Assembly: GCA_945903305.1 (NCBI GenBank)
Contig: CAMDOA010000005.1
Coordinates: 494-64,493 of the forward strand
DNA length: 64,000 nt
DNA from: Chitinophaga pinensis
GTDB taxonomy: Bacteria; Bacteroidota; Bacteroidia; Chitinophagales; UBA10324
Direction: 5' to 3'
The notes beneath the pieces were generated by a model, which was given only the letters and a program-made list of their open reading frames with translations, had not been told where the DNA came from and made no database searches. The translations under genes and the position numbers were made by a program. Below, piece after piece: positions 61,501 through 64,000 of this stretch (position 1 is its first letter; each line of letters begins with the position of its first letter).

Positions 61501-61693
61501 CACTGTTCAACTTTCGCAATCTTGTAATAATTGCCGAATAGAAATCAGCAATACACTCGGGCAAATTCTTTACACTGAAATAATAAATGATAAAGTTGAA
61601 ATTATAAATCTTGTCGAACTGCCTGCCGGAATATACTTCGTTGCGGTGCGCTCTGATAAATTCTATTCTATAAAAAAATTGGTGAAGCAATAA
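58514..61693 (+). CDS. T9SS type A CTD protein with 20-aa LPX-type leucine-rich repeats, DUF7619-like domain and GCDS repeats
   Basis: Signal peptide; 9 repeats of SLTxLxCxxNSLTSLPxLPN; SFDPNEKEV...YTIHFQNTG; four ~51-aa ICxG...CDSI/V repeats; IFPNPV...KKLVKQ. Confidence 0.92.
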   Translation: MKKLLLLSFFILSFSASKAQWVNIPSAYFVAWLQANYPSCMNGNLMDTTCSGVVNTTWVICSGQNISNLEGIQYFNSLIGLDCSDNNLSYLPTLPNSLTFLSCSYNSITSLPTLPTSLIEFDCDYNSLTSLPALPNSLTMLGCYTNSLTSLPTLPSSLTHLDCSNNSLTNLPFLPNSLTYLGCSNNSLTSLPLLPNSLTDLYCNNNSLTSLPPLPNLISDLYCSWNSLTSLPSLPNSLTRLDCSYNLLTSLPTLHPLMYCFIINYNTGIFCMPILQNFGGSAALFNILNTGIACLPNVIQHTGYIGQIDGWPICDLTFNPNNCDLGWNIIGKVAFDVDSSCATTTDGIEMPMIKMKLFDGGGNLLQQMIANWEGYYSFDTQIGNYSTSVDTSNIPFSVLCPSNNSIISNLTAIDSMDYNVDFRMVCKPGFDICVWNIYRNAPNFFPGNTTPVRIVAGDFASSISNGFCGSTISGEVKVIINGSATYLSPIAGSLTPIVNGDTLIYTIADFSLVNETSDFAFNVITDTTAQIGNQICFDVTVTPSAGDNNISNNTLTHCFAVSNSFDPNEKEVSPIGSLTYPYNDWLTYTIHFQNTGTAAAQHIQLLDTLDADLDASTFQLLSYSHTPMVQIIGSEVAFNFVNINLPDSTTDLAGSQGYVSYRVMPMTNLPMGTVIENTASIYFDFNAPVVTNTVSNLICNPIIPTNISEAICSGDSYNLNGTNIFIAGNYSTTLNAINGCDSVVNLSLTILNPVSNSISASICSGITFDFNGQQLSVAGNYADTLTAATGCDSIVNLSLTVLNPITSSTNQTICFGDSINFNGVYFDTTGIYTDTLSNASGCDSIVNLSLTVLSLATSSFNQTICIGETFLFNGINETATGIYYDTLNAASNCDSIIALHLTVNNPNATISLTGNTLTATGTGIIQWINCDSGTFVPGVIGGTFTPTTIGNYAAWVWDGLCSDTTNCVEVLLDGINELTIYNLQFTIFPNPVDENITVQLSQSCNNCRIEISNTLGQILYTEIINDKVEIINLVELPAGIYFVAVRSDKFYSIKKLVKQ
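58739..59281 (+). repeat. Intragenic 60-bp tandem repeat (9 units) with a 30-bp sub-period
   Basis: An AATTCATTAACA-like 12-mer recurs every 30 bp, with exact copies at 58799, 58889, 59009, 59039, 59069 and 59219. Confidence 0.9.
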
Positions 61694-61719
61694 TCAGCAA
61701 ATATTTTTATTGGAGTAAG

Positions 61720-61875
61720 AATCCATTGCCCTACCTTTAAGTCGTGCTACTAATCCATTGCCCCGACCTTCAGGTCGGGAGAATAATAATAACAAAGGAC
61801 TTTAGCCAAACAACACTGTGCTAAAGCCCATTTAATTTTCGATTCATTAATCCACTACCTTAAGGTCGTGGCAAT
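61720..61875. repeat. REPIN/BIME-like composite palindromic element
   Basis: ATTGCCCCGACCTTCAGGTCGGG (61757-61779), its inverted copy CCACTACCTTAAGGTCGTGGCAAT (61852-61875), an inner inverted pair CTTTAGC/GCTAAAG, and a degenerate direct copy at 61720. Confidence 0.8.
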
Positions 61876-61890
61876 AAATCAGTTTCTCAA

Positions 61891-62333
61891 TCACGAATCT
61901 TAGTTTGGTTCGAGGCGAGAAGTGTTACAGTATCATAGAGCAAAGATTCCTTCGCAACGAATAGAGATTGTTTCGCGGAAGGCAGAGTCAGCGTGTCATA
62001 GAGCAAAGTTTCCTTCGCAACGAATAGAGATTGTTTCGCGGAAGGCAGAGTCAGCGTGTCATAGAGCAAAGTTTCCTTCGCAACGAATAGAGATTGTTTC
62101 GCGAAAGGCAGAGTCAGCGTGTCATAGAGCAAAGTTTCCTTCGCAACGAATAGAGATTGTTTCGCGAAAGGCAGAGTCAGAGTATCATAGAGCAAAGTTT
62201 CCTTCGCAACGAATAGAGATTGTTTCGCGAAAGGCAGAGTCAGCGTATCATAGAGCAAAGTTTCCTTCGCAACGAATAGAGATTGTTTCGCAGAGGTCAT
62301 AGTAGGAATATCTAAAGGCAAAGTTTCCTTTGC
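61891..62333. repeat. 63-bp tandem array (six near-identical units plus degenerate flanks), built from three related 21-mers
   Basis: TCATAGAGCAAAG starts at 61933, 61996, 62059, 62122, 62185 and 62248; degenerate in-register copies at about 61891 and 62311. Confidence 0.95.
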
Positions 62334-62367
62334 TTATCTTAGAGATTTGAACAAAAGATGGTAAATT

Positions 62368-64000
62368 TTACCTTACGATAGTAACTGTTCCGCTTGTGGC
62401 ATAACGGCCGTTCGGATACTTCATTCCGAGCCAGATGGTATCATCCATAAATGTGGCTTCGCATCTCCATACATACGAATCCTGCGGCATCAACTCTCCT
62501 TTGTAATAACCATCCCAACTTTCGGCGGGTACTGTTCTGTCTAATTTATATGATTCCCACATCAGATTTCCCCAGGTGTTAAATACCTGTATGTGATAAG
62601 TTTTCAATCCAAATCCTTTAGGAGTAAAAATTCTCGATTCAGGCGGACCATATTCGGGTGTCATTGCATTCGGAATAAATAATCCTTTATAGAAATCTAA
62701 AAATATAGGTTCGTATACTGTATCAACACAACCAAAAATGTTGGAGGCCACCAGCATCACATTGTATTCTCCTGCAAATTCATAAACATGAATCGGACTG
62801 TAATCATCGCTGGTATCGCCATCAGCAAAATTCCAGAACCACGCATCAGAATTTTGGGAGTGATTGTAAAAAGTAACTTCACCATTCAATAATGGGGTAG
62901 TGCTTTGCATATAGGAAAATGAAGCAACAGGTTCAGGATATACATTAATAATATTATTCTGAAGGATTACATCATTACAACCACCTAATCCGCTTACATA
63001 AAGTGAAACACTATAACTCCCAACACCGGAAAACACATGCACCGGATTTTGAATAGAATCAGTTCCACCATCGCTGTATGTCCATGCCCAGTTCAAGGCA
63101 TAAATAGATGAATCAGAAAAAGCAACAGTAACAGGATCGCAACCATCCGGCGGATCAAAACCGAACACAGCAATCGGCTGCGGGAAAACAGTCACTATAC
63201 TTTGCAATGTATCAGTGCAATTGTATTGATCATACCCAATCAAAGTATAGGTTGTGGAAAGTGTCGGGCTCGCAGTAACCGTTGCTGTAACAGTAGAATT
63301 TAATCCTGCAGCCGGAAACCACTGGTAAGAAACAGCGCCATTCGAAACAATGTTGGTTGATTGGCCATCACAAATAGAAGTTGAATCGGGAGCAATACTC
63401 ATCACCGGAAAATGCACCACAACAGCAAGCGGCCATGCAGCAGTGCAACCATTAACATCTGTTCCGATTATGGTGTAAGTTGTGTTAAAAGAAGGAAATA
63501 CAGTTACAGTACTTCCGCTTCCTGAAGAAAGCCCGACTAAGGGAGCCCACACATAAGTCAATGCACCGTTAGCAGTAATGGTAGTTGAATCTCCACGGCA
63601 AATTGCAGGATTCGGTTGGCTGAAAGTAACAGGTGGCGGATATACAGTTAACACAGCAGTTGCATTGGTAGCGCATCCATTAATATCTATTCCGGTTACC
63701 GTGTAAGTTGTTGTAACAGTTGGTGATGCCGTAACTGAACTTCCGGTTGAAGCGGATAATGTTGATGCAGGTGACCAGGAATAAGTAAATCCACCACTTG
63801 CATTCAGCACAGTCGATGTTCCATTACATATCCAGTTACTCACTGGTGTTAATTGAATTTGAGGGGGATTAAAAACAATCACCATTACCGAATCAATGTT
63901 CGCACAACCTGCGGCGCTTATTCCGGTTACTGTGTACATGGTTGAAATCGGAGGTGAAGCCAGCACACTGTTTCCGGTTGAAGAATTCAAACCTCCTGCC
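62368..64000 (-). CDS. PKD-domain T9SS type B CTD protein (partial, 5' end beyond the window)
   Basis: Frame open to the right edge; WSP...TTTYTV repeats, two PKD domains, LFIPNAMTP...VFNTWG...WDG...SGTVTIVR. Confidence 0.9.
   Translation of the reverse strand, partial: AGGLNSSTGNSVLASPPISTMYTVTGISAAGCANIDSVMVIVFNPPQIQLTPVSNWICNGTSTVLNASGGFTYSWSPASTLSASTGSSVTASPTVTTTYTVTGIDINGCATNATAVLTVYPPPVTFSQPNPAICRGDSTTITANGALTYVWAPLVGLSSGSGSTVTVFPSFNTTYTIIGTDVNGCTAAWPLAVVVHFPVMSIAPDSTSICDGQSTNIVSNGAVSYQWFPAAGLNSTVTATVTASPTLSTTYTLIGYDQYNCTDTLQSIVTVFPQPIAVFGFDPPDGCDPVTVAFSDSSIYALNWAWTYSDGGTDSIQNPVHVFSGVGSYSVSLYVSGLGGCNDVILQNNIINVYPEPVASFSYMQSTTPLLNGEVTFYNHSQNSDAWFWNFADGDTSDDYSPIHVYEFAGEYNVMLVASNIFGCVDTVYEPIFLDFYKGLFIPNAMTPEYGPPESRIFTPKGFGLKTYHIQVFNTWGNLMWESYKLDRTVPAESWDGYYKGELMPQDSYVWRCEATFMDDTIWLGMKYPNGRYATSGTVTIVR

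Noticed and set aside
58514-61693. Diversity-generating retroelement target
   Set aside because: No reverse transcriptase and no template/variable repeat pair in the window.
61922-62302. Plus-strand 126-aa ORF as a real protein
   Set aside because: A stop-free frame is expected in a 63-bp tandem repeat, the start is non-ATG, and there is no independent coding signal. The minus-strand ORF is also left uncalled.
61891-62333. CRISPR array
   Set aside because: Units are near-identical along their whole length with no unique spacers, and there are no cas genes in the window.

Overview
A 64-kb AT-rich chromosomal segment from a member of the Bacteroidota, inferred from T9SS cargo genes, a PorP/SprF gene, TAnnTTTG promoters and a short NuoG. 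Housekeeping genes include nuoA-K (without nuoLMN), clpB, queG, aroK, maf, a transaldolase preceded by the SRP RNA, a universal stress protein, an L,D-transpeptidase, TonB and a TonB-dependent receptor, and CDF, ABC and DASS transporters. They are interleaved with nine large T9SS cargo genes (five type A, four type B). I see no CRISPR array, cas gene, reverse transcriptase, transposase, integrase, tRNA or rRNA. The least explained features are: (i) the 675-bp gap at 61694-62367, filled by a REPIN-like element abutting a 63-bp (3x21) tandem array; (ii) a secreted LRR protein whose DNA alternates a near-constant 12-mer with 18-mers, every other one variable; (iii) a type-B cargo/PorP cluster containing a CTD-less copy of a thrice-repeated beta-propeller head; and (iv) two adjacent broken genes missed by the ORF track, a frameshifted EGF-like lipoprotein and a VOC gene lacking its ATG. 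None is shown to be a new system from sequence alone. All family calls are by motif recognition, without database searches.
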